From positions 1,160,731 through 1,224,730 of the forward strand of contig OX638293.1 of assembly GCA_951812335.1 (NCBI GenBank): a stretch of DNA of 64,000 nucleotides. The letters are read 5' to 3'. The notes beneath the pieces are model-generated. The model was not told the origin of the DNA. It searched no databases and worked only from the letters and a program-made list of their open reading frames with translations. Each line of letters starts with the position of its first letter. Position 1 is the first letter of the stretch. This document shows, one piece after another, positions 29,076 through 38,845 of the stretch. The DNA is from Rhodothermales bacterium (GTDB lineage: Bacteria; Bacteroidota; Rhodothermia; Rhodothermales; VXPQ01). A program made the translations under genes and the position numbers.

Positions 29076-31043
29076 TCAGATCACGCGATCCACGCCGCCA
29101 TCGATGGGTACTTGCGCTCCCGTGGTGGCCCGAAACACATCGCCGGCCATGACGGAAATGAGGCGGCCCACATCCGCAGATCGTATTTCCGTCTTGAGGA
29201 GGTTTTTGGTTTTGTATTTTTCCACCGTCATGTTGTAGCGCCGCGCCGAGCGTTCGAGGGCTTTGTCGGTCCATAACCCGGTGTCGAAGACCGCGTCCGG
29301 GTGTACGACATTCACACGTACGCCGTCGGCGGCCAGCTCCAGCGCCGCTACGCGAGCCAACTGGGTGATGCCGGCCTTACTGACCGAGTACGCCGCTGCT
29401 CCCGGGCCGGGGGCGGCATAGTTGCGTGATCCGACCACGATGATGGAGGGACGGACGCCCAACTTCAGGTAGGGGATCGCGATTTTCATAAACCGCTGGG
29501 TAGCGGTCAGGTTTACGGCCAGCATCCGGTTCCATACCGCATCGTCTTGCTCCTCGATGCGTTCTCCCGACCGGAAGATACCCGCGTTGCAAACGACGAT
29601 ATCAAGGCCGCCGAATGTAGCCACCACTTGATCGACAGCGGCCTGCACTGCGTTATCGTCGGTTACGTCGCATACGATCCCGGTCATTCCCTCGAGGGCA
29701 TCGACAACGCCGGGATCGATATCTATTCCGGCCACGGTGGCGCCGTCCCGGGCAAGGGCTTCGCATGCGGCTTTGCCGATACCGCTGCATGCGCCGGTGA
29801 CGAGGGCGATTTTCCCCTGATGTTCTTTTGCAGCGCCCCGTTTGCCCAGTTTCGCCTGTTCGAGCGACCAGTATTCCAGGTCGAAAATTTCCTGCTCCGA
29901 CAAAGCCTGCCACCTGCCGAGGGATTCGCCGGTTTGAATGGCCTGGCGGGTATGGCGCGCAATGTCGGTAACGATTCCGCATTCCTTGACACTGCTGCCA
30001 AAGGCGATGCACCCGTTCTCTTTCCAGACGGCCATGCGTGGCGCCGGGTCGAGCATCTGCAAGCCTTCGGTTTTGTGGGCTTCGTAATAGGCCGCATAGG
30101 CTCTTGCGAATTCGGCCACTTCAGGTACGTGCTCGTCCGGCCGTTTGGCCACTATGGCGGGGATGCGTTTGGCGCGGATTACATGCTCCGGCGTGATGGG
30201 CCCCCGCGTGGCGATGGCGGCTACATCCTTGCGGCTTGCGTAGCCCTGAGCGCTTGCCGACCGGTCGAGCATGGCCAATTGCGCCGAGCCGCGTGCATCG
30301 GATACCGCCCGGCGGATACGCGCCAGATCCGGCAGGTTCACGTCGTGCTGCGTTTCGGGATATTTTGTCTGACCGTGTTCGGCGATGTACGCTTCGGCGC
30401 GGCTCACCAGTTCGATCATGTTTTCGTAGGCCACCCTGGCGTCGTCGCTCCACGTGAATATGCCGTGGTGCATGAGGATGATGCCTTTGTAGCGGTCCAG
30501 ATCGATGTCCCGGATTGCTTCATGCACCTGTTTGGACAGGATGAAGCCGGGCATCACGTACGGCAGGATCAGGCAGTCGGAGCAGATCTCCTGCATAATG
30601 GCTTCCCCTTGCGGATTATTCGTAAGGGTAACCATCGCATCGGCATGGGTATGATCTACGAATCTGGCCGGAACGATGGCGTGCAGGATAGCCTCCACCG
30701 ACGGCGACGGGCTCGACGGGTCCAGCATGAACGAGCGCAATTGCCGCGTCATTTCCTCGTCGGACAATGCCTCCAGATCGGCCAGGCGTTTTGTTTCGTC
30801 GAGTCTCAGTGCGGGGAAACCCGGCTTCTCGATGGTTTTCAAATCCCATCCGCTGCCCTTCACATACAATACCTCCACGTCGCGTCCCAAAAAGTCCCGC
30901 ACAACGGCCTTGACCGACGTGTTGCCGCCCCCGTGCATGACCAGATATTCGTCCGATCCCAGCAGGCGCGAGGTGTACACGCGCAACGCCAGATCGTCGC
31001 CGGAGCAGGCTTCCGCCTCTTGATCGTTCCACAAACTGTGCAT
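29076..31043 (-). CDS. Bifunctional class II aldolase / short-chain dehydrogenase (rhamnulose-1-phosphate aldolase/SDR-like fusion)
   Basis: The N-terminal part has ..YLVMHGGGNTSVK.. and ..HTHAD... The C-terminal part is an SDR with ALVTGACSGIGKA and Y..SKAG. Confidence 0.8.
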   Translation of the reverse strand: MHSLWNDQEAEACSGDDLALRVYTSRLLGSDEYLVMHGGGNTSVKAVVRDFLGRDVEVLYVKGSGWDLKTIEKPGFPALRLDETKRLADLEALSDEEMTRQLRSFMLDPSSPSPSVEAILHAIVPARFVDHTHADAMVTLTNNPQGEAIMQEICSDCLILPYVMPGFILSKQVHEAIRDIDLDRYKGIILMHHGIFTWSDDARVAYENMIELVSRAEAYIAEHGQTKYPETQHDVNLPDLARIRRAVSDARGSAQLAMLDRSASAQGYASRKDVAAIATRGPITPEHVIRAKRIPAIVAKRPDEHVPEVAEFARAYAAYYEAHKTEGLQMLDPAPRMAVWKENGCIAFGSSVKECGIVTDIARHTRQAIQTGESLGRWQALSEQEIFDLEYWSLEQAKLGKRGAAKEHQGKIALVTGACSGIGKAACEALARDGATVAGIDIDPGVVDALEGMTGIVCDVTDDNAVQAAVDQVVATFGGLDIVVCNAGIFRSGERIEEQDDAVWNRMLAVNLTATQRFMKIAIPYLKLGVRPSIIVVGSRNYAAPGPGAAAYSVSKAGITQLARVAALELAADGVRVNVVHPDAVFDTGLWTDKALERSARRYNMTVEKYKTKNLLKTEIRSADVGRLISVMAGDVFRATTGAQVPIDGGVDRVI

Positions 31044-31048
31044 GGTAT

Positions 31049-32278
31049 CTATTTCTCGATCAGATGGATCAGCGTTTGTACCGCTTCTTCGATGAAGGCC
31101 GGGTCTTCTGCGCCATAATCCAGCTCGCGCAATTCGATGGAGGCGGGCATGGTGCTGCGCAGCGTATCGAAGAAAACGGCGTCGCTTTCCTTGTTGGCAA
31201 GCGGCCCGCCGGGAATGGAATACCGGCTGACCCCCTGTAGCGGCAGCATGAAGACAGTCTTTTGCTTGCTGTGGGCGAGGCGGCGGGTAATATCCCTGGC
31301 TACCTTACGGATTTCGTCAGGTCCGAGTCGGGGAGCGAACACGACCGGGCTGTGGAAGACGTAGGCGTGATTCTTGTAGGCCTCCGGCGCTTCGTTCGGA
31401 GTGTGCAGCAGCAGTCCGATGTGTTCAGCACCCCCTGGACAAATCACTTGCGGCAATCCCAGTTTTCCGGCTACGGTCAGGCGTTCCGGGTCGTGTGAAG
31501 CGCGTAATCCGTCGTATACGTCGTCGGCGATTTCTCCGAGACCATAGTCGAAGACTGCCTTAATGATTCCCTCCCGCATCATCTGTTCCATGGCTCGTCC
31601 CCCGGCCCCGATCGCATGAAAGGTGATGACCTCGTAGCCCGCTTCGTGAAACAGGTCGATGGCGTGCATGGCGCCATGGGTCAGGACCCCGAGGTTGGTC
31701 ATACCGATGGTCCCTTTGCTGCCCGCTTCGGCAGTGATGATGCGTTCGCTTTTCTGGGCCATGCCCACGGCGGCTCCCGCGGCATTCGCCAGGATTTTTC
31801 TCGAGAATGGGTTAAGGCCCAGAATGTCGCTGACCGAGAACATCATGGTGATGTCCTTGATATCGACAAAAGGTTCGGTGTCCCCGGACGCCGCCGTCGA
31901 GAGCATGATTTTTCCGAATCCGTACGGCAGCGCCTGCATGACTTGCGAACAGGTCGAGGTGCCCTGGGTGCCGCCCATGGCCAGCAACGCGTGGATTTTG
32001 TCCTCCAGGACCAGATCCAGCAATATTTTTTGCGCCCCCCGGACGAGATAGGGGCCGATACCCGCGCGCGTGGGGCTTGCAAGCAATGCGTCCGGGTTGC
32101 CTCCCCCTGTACGGAGCACCGTTCCGGTGTCGATGTGGACGGGAACGGCTGCGGGTCCGACTACGCCGATATTAACCAGAAGGGCTTTTTCTCCGAGGGC
32201 TTCTATTTCCTGGCGTACGAAGTCCGCTTCTGCGCCCTTCGTATCCATCGTGGCCAGTACGGCAATGGTTTTAGGCAT
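31049..32278 (-). CDS. UPF0261 / Tm-1-like ATP-binding domain protein
   Basis: The N-terminus MPKTIAVLATMDTKG.E..F... and overall glycine-rich pattern match the UPF0261 family (N-terminal half of plant Tm-1). It lies 5 nt upstream of the aldolase/SDR gene. Confidence 0.75.
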   Translation of the reverse strand: MPKTIAVLATMDTKGAEADFVRQEIEALGEKALLVNIGVVGPAAVPVHIDTGTVLRTGGGNPDALLASPTRAGIGPYLVRGAQKILLDLVLEDKIHALLAMGGTQGTSTCSQVMQALPYGFGKIMLSTAASGDTEPFVDIKDITMMFSVSDILGLNPFSRKILANAAGAAVGMAQKSERIITAEAGSKGTIGMTNLGVLTHGAMHAIDLFHEAGYEVITFHAIGAGGRAMEQMMREGIIKAVFDYGLGEIADDVYDGLRASHDPERLTVAGKLGLPQVICPGGAEHIGLLLHTPNEAPEAYKNHAYVFHSPVVFAPRLGPDEIRKVARDITRRLAHSKQKTVFMLPLQGVSRYSIPGGPLANKESDAVFFDTLRSTMPASIELRELDYGAEDPAFIEEAVQTLIHLIEK

Positions 32279-32310
32279 GATCGTATGGCTTGCCGGGATA
32301 TATGTAGAAG

Positions 32311-33180
32311 TTACCTGACAGGATTACTGAAGCGGAGGGCGGCGAATTCCCGGGCCGCCGCCGATACGGCGCGTTCGATGGGGAGGCGTTCCGTGGAAGA
32401 GCCGGTCCAGAAACCGTGTCCGGACGTGTGGTCCAGCATGTATTGCGCATCGACCGGATTTTCCATGGCGGCGCCGTGCGCAACGAGGATGACCTCGGGG
32501 TGCACCTTGCGCACAGCCTGATAGGCTTCTTCGGTTTGTTCGGCCGTCTCCTCGATGGTCAATCCGCTGTCGTATCCCTTGATCCCCCCTTTCGTCGTGC
32601 CCGCATGATAGCAGAAAATATGAGGTCTGGCCTGCTCGCACATAGCAAGCGCATCTTCCATGGTAAACGCCAGACCGATGGTCACCATGTTCATTTCTTC
32701 TCTGGCCAGTTTCAGCATCTCGATTTCGTTCCGATAGGTGATGCCGGCGCTGGTCATTACCCGGTATATCTCGCTGTCGTGATCCACATAGCTGATGGAG
32801 GGGCCGATATTCGAAACCGACTGCACGCCCATGGCCTTGCAGTCGTGTAACACCATCCGCATATCCTTGAGGGGATCGTTCGCATTCAGACAGGCGCAGA
32901 CGAATGCATTGCCCTGCAGCGCGGGCATGATGTCTTCACGGGTGTAGTCCAGCGTTTGTTTGTTCGAATCGAGGATAGGCCACATCATCGACATGGTGCC
33001 CATGCCGTTGGCGCGCAATCTCGCCCCGGAAAACGTATTGATACAATCGACGCCGGCGGATTCCAGCAGTTTAGCGACCAGGCCGCTGCCCGCACTGGCG
33101 ATCATTACGGGAATGCGCTGTGCAACCTTGGTTTGCAGGCCGGCAAGAATGTCTTCTGTGGTAATGCGACGAGTGATCAT
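32311..33180 (-). CDS. Phosphoenolpyruvate-hydrolase-like TIM-barrel protein (Tm-1 C-terminal-half homologue)
   Basis: The pattern ..I.ASAGSGL.AK..E.GG.D.I..F..... matches the usual partner of UPF0261 proteins. It is the first gene of the minus-strand operon. Confidence 0.7.
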   Translation of the reverse strand: MITRRITTEDILAGLQTKVAQRIPVMIASAGSGLVAKLLESAGVDCINTFSGARLRANGMGTMSMMWPILDSNKQTLDYTREDIMPALQGNAFVCACLNANDPLKDMRMVLHDCKAMGVQSVSNIGPSISYVDHDSEIYRVMTSAGITYRNEIEMLKLAREEMNMVTIGLAFTMEDALAMCEQARPHIFCYHAGTTKGGIKGYDSGLTIEETAEQTEEAYQAVRKVHPEVILVAHGAAMENPVDAQYMLDHTSGHGFWTGSSTERLPIERAVSAAAREFAALRFSNPVR

Positions 33181-33225
33181 GGGTAGGGGAATCGCAGGAT
33201 ACGGGCATCGCAGCTAAACCATGTG

Positions 33226-33253
33226 CATGGTCGGAAGGATCCTTCCGACCATG
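33226..33253. promoter_or_regulatory. Perfect 28-bp palindrome (candidate operator) upstream of the Tm-1-like operon
   Basis: CATGGTCGGAAGGATCCTTCCGACCATG is a 14+14 inverted repeat with no mismatches and no loop. It lies 46-73 nt upstream of the start codon at 33180. Confidence 0.5.
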
Positions 33254-33543
33254 AAGACCTGCAAACGATGTGAGACCGCACTGAATGACGAGTAGACAGC
33301 AGGTCGTCGGGTCAAAGTGGGCTCACGTACCTTCCGAATTCGACAGGGCCAAGATACTGTCCGAGGCGCCATGGTTCAATCCGACCGCGGCATAGCCGAA
33401 GCCGTTTCTATAAGAATTGCCGGTGAGTTGCCGGTAATTCGGCACCGGGGCAAATTCCTTCACGTTTTCCATTTGACCGGGGAAATACCCGGGGCAGTGG
33501 ATATCCAATTGATGCGGGCGCGACTGAACGCGGCTATATAGCA

Positions 33544-33797
33544 GGATACTCTGATCGAAACCACTTCGCCCGGCACTTTACTTTCGCGCGTAAAGGACGT
33601 CATGATTCCATCGTCGGAATCGGCTAGAAACACTGCGGATCCGGGGCGCCGCGGACGCGACGCGCCCTTCGGGAGGCTGCGAGGTGCACGCTGGCCGCGT
33701 CATTCCTCATTATGTGGGGCCTGTCGCACTGCTTCGTCATTCCTTGCCGGCGCACCCCTTGCAGCCTCTGAGTTTTGCGGACTTAATCAGAGTATCC
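33544..33797 (+). repeat. Structured TIR repeat family, full-length 254-bp copy
   Basis: It is collinear with the copies at 24665-24917 and 23563-23815 and lies in the divergent spacer upstream of the PHP gene. Confidence 0.9.
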
Positions 33798-33951
33798 TGA
33801 AGTAGACTATGGTAGCAATCCGGCGTAGGTCTGACGTTCTGAAATCGGAACATTGCCGGGTGTTCGGGTAGAACCGAGCGGCGCGATGACCGGCCCATGT
33901 TTCAGGCGCGGTTTGCTGTGCACCTTGCTGTTTTCTCCTTGCTTCCGGGCC

Positions 33952-34767
33952 ATGCAGGTCGATTTACATACACACACTACCTGTTCCGACGGGACATGCA
34001 CTCCCGCCGAACTGGTGCATAAGCTGCATGCATGCGGCTTGCGCGGCTTGGCCATTACGGATCACGACACGATCGCTGCGTTGCAGGAAGCCCGTCCCGT
34101 GGCAGATCGGCTGGGGATGGAATTGATTCCCGGAGTTGAACTCAGCGTCGGCATGGGTCGTATGAGGATACATGTACTGGGGTATTGTTTCGATCCGGCG
34201 AATGAGAGGCTGAACGAGCAACTCGCAACGTTGCAGAGGCAGCGGAAGGATCGCATGTTTGCGATCCTCGACCGTCTGAACGCATTGGGGGCGCCGCTCG
34301 ATGCCGCGGACGTATTGAACCGGGCGGGCAATGGATCGGTGGGGCGTCCTCACGTGGCGCAGGCGCTTGCGGACGCAGGCCATGCGACATCGTACAGAGA
34401 GGCGTTCAGACGTTATTTGCATGACGAGGGTCCGGCGTATGTGCCGAAGCCGCCGTTTACGGCTCGGGAGGGCATTGCCTTACTGCACGCTGCAGGCGGG
34501 GTGGCTGTTCTAGCTCATCCGGGGCTGGGCATGCATGTGGACATGATCAACAGGCTCGTGGAGCTTGGGCTGGACGGGATCGAGACCGTGCATCCTTGCC
34601 ATACGCGCGTCATGACCTTCGAGTATGAATATCTTGCCGAAAAACTTGGGCTGATCCAGACGGGAGGATCGGATTATCATGGATTGCGCCAGGACGAAGC
34701 AAGAAATCTGGTTCGGTATAGCGTTCCGTACGATCGGTTGGAGTCGATGCGCCGGATGACGGCGTAA
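33952..34767 (+). CDS. PHP-domain phosphoesterase (TrpH/YciV-like)
   Basis: The ATG at 33952 gives MQVDLHTHTTCSDG... Contains ..LAITDHDT.. and a C-terminal GGSDYHG. Confidence 0.85.
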   Translation: MQVDLHTHTTCSDGTCTPAELVHKLHACGLRGLAITDHDTIAALQEARPVADRLGMELIPGVELSVGMGRMRIHVLGYCFDPANERLNEQLATLQRQRKDRMFAILDRLNALGAPLDAADVLNRAGNGSVGRPHVAQALADAGHATSYREAFRRYLHDEGPAYVPKPPFTAREGIALLHAAGGVAVLAHPGLGMHVDMINRLVELGLDGIETVHPCHTRVMTFEYEYLAEKLGLIQTGGSDYHGLRQDEARNLVRYSVPYDRLESMRRMTA

Positions 34768-34849
34768 CCTTCCCCTTGCCATGCAGCATGACGATCGCAG
34801 CGCGCCCGCCTGCAACCGTTTCTGACACTTTCTTTTTTCGAGAAAAGCC

Positions 34850-35323
34850 GTGCCCGACGTTCTTACAGGTTCGCATGATGCGGGGAAAGCCCGCTTCGGT
34901 GTGGTCGTCAGCCGTTTCAACGAGCCGGTTACGGAGCGCCTGCTCGCGGGAGCGCTCGAGGCGCTTGAAGCCCACGGAGCAGCTCTGGACCAAACCACCG
35001 TAGCGTGGTGCCCCGGCGCAGTGGAGATTCCACTCGTTGCCCGCAAATTGGCTGGAACCGGATCGTACGATGCGATTATTTGTATTGGGGCCGTCATTCG
35101 CGGTGAAACGCCTCATTTCGACGCCGTATGTCGTGCGGCGTCGGATGGTACGGCGAGAATCGCCCTCGACATGGGCCTGCCGATTGTTTTCGGTGTGCTC
35201 ACGACGGATACGGCCGAACAGGCGCTTGCACGATCCGGAGGAAAAAAGGGAAACAAGGGTACCGACGCTGCCGTTGCGGCGATTGAAATGGTCAACCTGT
35301 TACGCAAAATCGAGCGGCAATGA
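34850..35323 (+). CDS. ribH: 6,7-dimethyl-8-ribityllumazine synthase
   Basis: Contains ..RFG.VVSRFNE.VTE.LL.GA...L..HG.., ..VPGA.E.P..A and ..GAVIRGET.HFD.V.. 157 aa, GTG start. Confidence 0.9.
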   Translation: MPDVLTGSHDAGKARFGVVVSRFNEPVTERLLAGALEALEAHGAALDQTTVAWCPGAVEIPLVARKLAGTGSYDAIICIGAVIRGETPHFDAVCRAASDGTARIALDMGLPIVFGVLTTDTAEQALARSGGKKGNKGTDAAVAAIEMVNLLRKIERQ

Positions 35324-35424
35324 CCTTGCACCGCCATTTTACCGACTATTGCGTTCAAGCAGGCCGGATTTTCGCGCGGCGGTGCGTCCTGTTCGGTTTC
35401 CTGTTTCCTATCCGGCAATTCGAC

Positions 35425-37767
35425 ATGCGTTGCTTTTTCTCCTTTTTCGTTGCAGCATTTCTGGCCGTTTCGGGCCCTGCGGCTGCACAGGATCACCGCT
35501 GGCAGGCGCACACATCTTTTCGGGAAGTTACGGACGTGGCGTCGCATGGCGATGCGGTGTGGGCTGCCACAACCGGGGGCGTATTCCGTTATGAAACCGG
35601 GACCGGAGCGTTTTCGACGTATAGTCCCAGCGAAGGTCTCTATGGAGTGGAAGTATGGGCCATCACGGTAGACCCCCTTAACAATGTCATTTGGATAGGC
35701 TATCGGGATGGCGTACTGGATCGGCTGGATCCGGCGACAGGCGTAGTAAAAGCGTATTTCGACATTGCGCGCGCCGAACAATTTTCGTCGCGGCAGATCA
35801 ACAAGATTGTGGTGCGCCGGGATTCCGTGTTTGTAGCGACATCGTTTGGCGTCGTTGTTTTCGATCCGATCCGGAACGAGGTACGCGATACGTACAGCAA
35901 GCTGGGTTCGCTTGCGGCGGGTACGGAAGTGTTTGATCTGACCTTCGCACCGGGGGAGGACGGTGAACCGGCTATCTGGCTGGCTACGAACGCAGGGGTG
36001 GCGTATGCTTCCATGCAATCCATCAACCTGAGCGACCCCGCCGAATGGACGGTCGAGGCGACGGGACTTCCGGTTCGGGAGTTGCGCGCAATTGCCTGGT
36101 TCGAGGGGACGATATATGCCGGGACGACACAAGATCTGGTGCGCCGGTCGGACAGTGGCGTCTATGTTCCGCTCAGAGTAACCACCCAGGGCATTCTGGA
36201 TCTGGAGGTTCTTTCGGATCGGCTGATGGGCGTAGAGCGATTTGCTCCGTTTGTCGTATCCGGAGGGCAGGCCCGCAAGATATCCATGGAAACGTATCAG
36301 GATCCGGTGGCTCTGATTGCAGGCCCGGACGGGAACGTATGGATTGGCGATACCCAGGGTAGTCTGATCGCCGTGGCGCCCCCGGAAATTTCCGACCGGA
36401 GTGCAGAGGTCATTCTTGCCGAAATATATCCGGACGGACCACGCGACAACTTGTTTTCGGGCTTGCAGGTGGATGGCAACGGGAATCTCTGGGTAATCGG
36501 CTTTCGAGATAACGAGAGCGGGTTTTATCGTTTCGACGTCGATGGAAACTGGACGAATTACGTTCGCCGGTTATTTCCCGAATTTTTTACTACGTACGAT
36601 CGCCTGCATGTGGATGATCGGGGGCATGCCTGGATAGGCTCCTCAGGGAATGGTTTGGCAGAGGTGTCGGCTGCCGGGACAGTACGCAACTGGGACCCTG
36701 GCGATTCGTCGTTACTTCCGGCTGCCGGCACGGATAATTATATCGTTGTGGGCGGGATTGCCGACGACAACGACGGCAGAATATGGGTTACGAATCCGGC
36801 ATCTCCCGCACCGATGCATGTTTACGAGCCGGAGGGGGGTGTATGGACGGCCATTCCCTCTATCCAGTGCGGGGGTTTCTCCACGGTGGGTGCGGCATTT
36901 GATCGCATCTATATCGATTCGTTCGATCAGCAATGGATCACCGTGATTGATCTCGCGAATCTGAAGCGAGTGCTTGGGCTACTTGTCCTGGACGTGAATG
37001 AAACGTCTGCCGCCGTTAATGACGATGTATGCCGTTTTTTCGATGAAGAGGGTTCCCTTGGGCAGGGCTTGCCGGGTACGACAGTGAACTCGGTCGTGGA
37101 GGACCGGGACGGTATTGTCTGGATAGGCACGGACAAGGGGCTTGCCTTTGTGATCAATAACGGGATCGTGGCAGAGGACGACAATTCCGTACCCATTTGG
37201 CCACAATTCGCCGATCGCACGGAAGGGACATATCTGTTGAACGACATTTTCGTGAACGATCTGGCGGTAGATCCGGCGGGTCGATTATGGGTGGCAACGA
37301 ACGAGGGGATCACGATCATACGGCAGGCCGAAGGCGGCTATGAGGTGGTTGAACAGTTCTCCACCGGTAATTCGCCGCTTTTTTCGGACACGGTGCTTTC
37401 CATTGCCATCGACCCCATATCGGGTCGGGTATATCTGGCCACCGATCAGGGCTTGATGAGTTATGAAGGGGGCGCCATTGTCCCTGTGGAACAGGTTGGG
37501 AAGATCAAGGTTTATCCGAACCCGATTTATATGGAGTCGGATGCCGACGTGTCGATTTTCATGGAGGGGCTTGTAGAGGCTACTTCATTGCGGGTTGTCA
37601 CGCTCACCGGTGAAGTGGTGGCGCGTTTGCAAACGCGAGGGGGGCGGGCCGCATGGGACGGCCGGGATATGCACGGTCGTACGGTTCCGTCGGGGATGTA
37701 TCTCGTCATCGCTGTCGGCGATGGCGGCGAAGGAGCGGCCTACGGGAAATTGGCTGTGATTCGCTGA
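35425..37767 (+). CDS. Secreted beta-propeller protein (two-component-regulator-propeller type repeats) with T9SS C-terminal sorting domain
   Basis: Signal peptide [22 protein letters not shown], many ..WI.T..GL..... repeats, and a C-terminus ..KVYPNP.. ... GMYLV........GKLAVIR typical of T9SS type-A CTDs. Confidence 0.75.
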   Translation: MRCFFSFFVAAFLAVSGPAAAQDHRWQAHTSFREVTDVASHGDAVWAATTGGVFRYETGTGAFSTYSPSEGLYGVEVWAITVDPLNNVIWIGYRDGVLDRLDPATGVVKAYFDIARAEQFSSRQINKIVVRRDSVFVATSFGVVVFDPIRNEVRDTYSKLGSLAAGTEVFDLTFAPGEDGEPAIWLATNAGVAYASMQSINLSDPAEWTVEATGLPVRELRAIAWFEGTIYAGTTQDLVRRSDSGVYVPLRVTTQGILDLEVLSDRLMGVERFAPFVVSGGQARKISMETYQDPVALIAGPDGNVWIGDTQGSLIAVAPPEISDRSAEVILAEIYPDGPRDNLFSGLQVDGNGNLWVIGFRDNESGFYRFDVDGNWTNYVRRLFPEFFTTYDRLHVDDRGHAWIGSSGNGLAEVSAAGTVRNWDPGDSSLLPAAGTDNYIVVGGIADDNDGRIWVTNPASPAPMHVYEPEGGVWTAIPSIQCGGFSTVGAAFDRIYIDSFDQQWITVIDLANLKRVLGLLVLDVNETSAAVNDDVCRFFDEEGSLGQGLPGTTVNSVVEDRDGIVWIGTDKGLAFVINNGIVAEDDNSVPIWPQFADRTEGTYLLNDIFVNDLAVDPAGRLWVATNEGITIIRQAEGGYEVVEQFSTGNSPLFSDTVLSIAIDPISGRVYLATDQGLMSYEGGAIVPVEQVGKIKVYPNPIYMESDADVSIFMEGLVEATSLRVVTLTGEVVARLQTRGGRAAWDGRDMHGRTVPSGMYLVIAVGDGGEGAAYGKLAVIR

Positions 37768-37774
37768 TATACAT

Positions 37775-37849
37775 GGTGACCGTAGCTCAGTCGGTTAGAG
37801 CGCCAGGTTGTGGCCCTGGAGGTCGTGGGTTCGATTCCCATCGGTCACC
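37775..37849 (+). tRNA. tRNA-His (anticodon GTG)
   Basis: I folded the cloverleaf by hand. The acceptor stem is 8 bp including G-1:C73 (GGTGACCG/CGGTCACC). D arm GCTC/GAGC; anticodon stem CCAGG/CCTGG with loop TTGTGGC; T arm GTGGG-TTCGATT-CCCAT. Confidence 0.9.
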
Positions 37850-37862
37850 CGCATGAGTATAT

Positions 37863-37938
37863 GCCGCGTTCGTCTAGGGGTCCAGGACGCCGGCCTTTCA
37901 CGCCGGTAACACGGGTTCAAATCCCGTACGCGGTACCA
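37863..37938 (+). tRNA. tRNA-Glu (anticodon TTC), CCA encoded
   Basis: Acceptor GCCGCGT/ACGCGGT; D arm GTC..GAC as in other tRNA-Glu; anticodon stem CCGGC/GCCGG with loop CTTTCAC; T arm ACGGG-TTCAAAT-CCCGT; then A-CCA. Confidence 0.9.
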
Positions 37939-37975
37939 CGTCACGCTGTGGTATGGTATCCTAAAGTTTTTCGCC

Positions 37976-38845
37976 ATGTCGTTTAATGATCTGTCCCGTT
38001 TGCACACGACCATAAGCGACCTGTTTTCCGGCATGGACCCGGAGGCGCACCGCCTGACCACCGAGCAGGTCGCCTTTTTCCGTGAGAAGGGATATGTGTC
38101 CGGAATTCGTCTTCTTAATGACGAACAGATCAAGGTGCTCCGCACGGAATTGCAGGAGTTTTTCAATCCGGGCCACGAGGGTCATGAACTCTGGCACGAA
38201 TATCACACCAACGAGTCCGGCGACCCGGACAACGTATTGTTTCATGCTCTGGGCGCCTGGCGGATTCGTCCGGGGTTTCATGATGCCCTGTGGAATCCGG
38301 CGTTCACGGCGCCGGCGGCGCAACTTCTTGCCGGTCCGGTTCGATTCTGGCACGATCAGCTTTTTTGCAAACCCGCCCGGCACGGCGGGGTAGTAGCATG
38401 GCATCAGGATTATTCGTACTGGACCCGTACACAACCCCTGTCGCATCTCACCTGCTGGATCGGGCTGGACGACGCCACGGTCGATAACGGATGCATCCGC
38501 TACATTCCGGGGAGTCACGAATGGAATCTGCTCCCGATCACGGGGCTGGCGAACGACATGGAGGCGATTTTTCAGGTTCTGACCGAGGAGCAGAAGGAAG
38601 CGTTCAATCCCGTCTCGATAGAACTCAAGGCCGGGGAGGCGACCTTTCATCATCCCCTGATGGTGCATGGTTCCCATGCGAACCGGACGGATCGCCCTCG
38701 GCGCGCCATGGTCATCAATGTGGTGCGGGACGGCGTGCACTCCGCCACCGACGAGCCGCTTCTCGACGGGGTCCCAACCATTGGTCAAGGCAAAGCGCTG
38801 GACGGCCAATTCTTTCCGCTCCTGTACAATCCGGCTCACTCATGA
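37976..38845 (+). CDS. Phytanoyl-CoA dioxygenase (PhyH) family Fe(II)/2-oxoglutarate oxygenase
   Basis: Contains ..F...GY..G..... , WHQDY.YW and IPGSH.W motifs. Confidence 0.8.
   Translation: MSFNDLSRLHTTISDLFSGMDPEAHRLTTEQVAFFREKGYVSGIRLLNDEQIKVLRTELQEFFNPGHEGHELWHEYHTNESGDPDNVLFHALGAWRIRPGFHDALWNPAFTAPAAQLLAGPVRFWHDQLFCKPARHGGVVAWHQDYSYWTRTQPLSHLTCWIGLDDATVDNGCIRYIPGSHEWNLLPITGLANDMEAIFQVLTEEQKEAFNPVSIELKAGEATFHHPLMVHGSHANRTDRPRRAMVINVVRDGVHSATDEPLLDGVPTIGQGKALDGQFFPLLYNPAHS

Noticed and set aside
34768-34849. FMN riboswitch upstream of ribH, and a SAM riboswitch upstream of the trans-sulfuration gene (7734-7813)
   Set aside because: Both leaders are only about 80 nt, too short for those aptamers, and lack their conserved cores. 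The hairpin at 7763-7802 is better explained as the terminator of the preceding gene.
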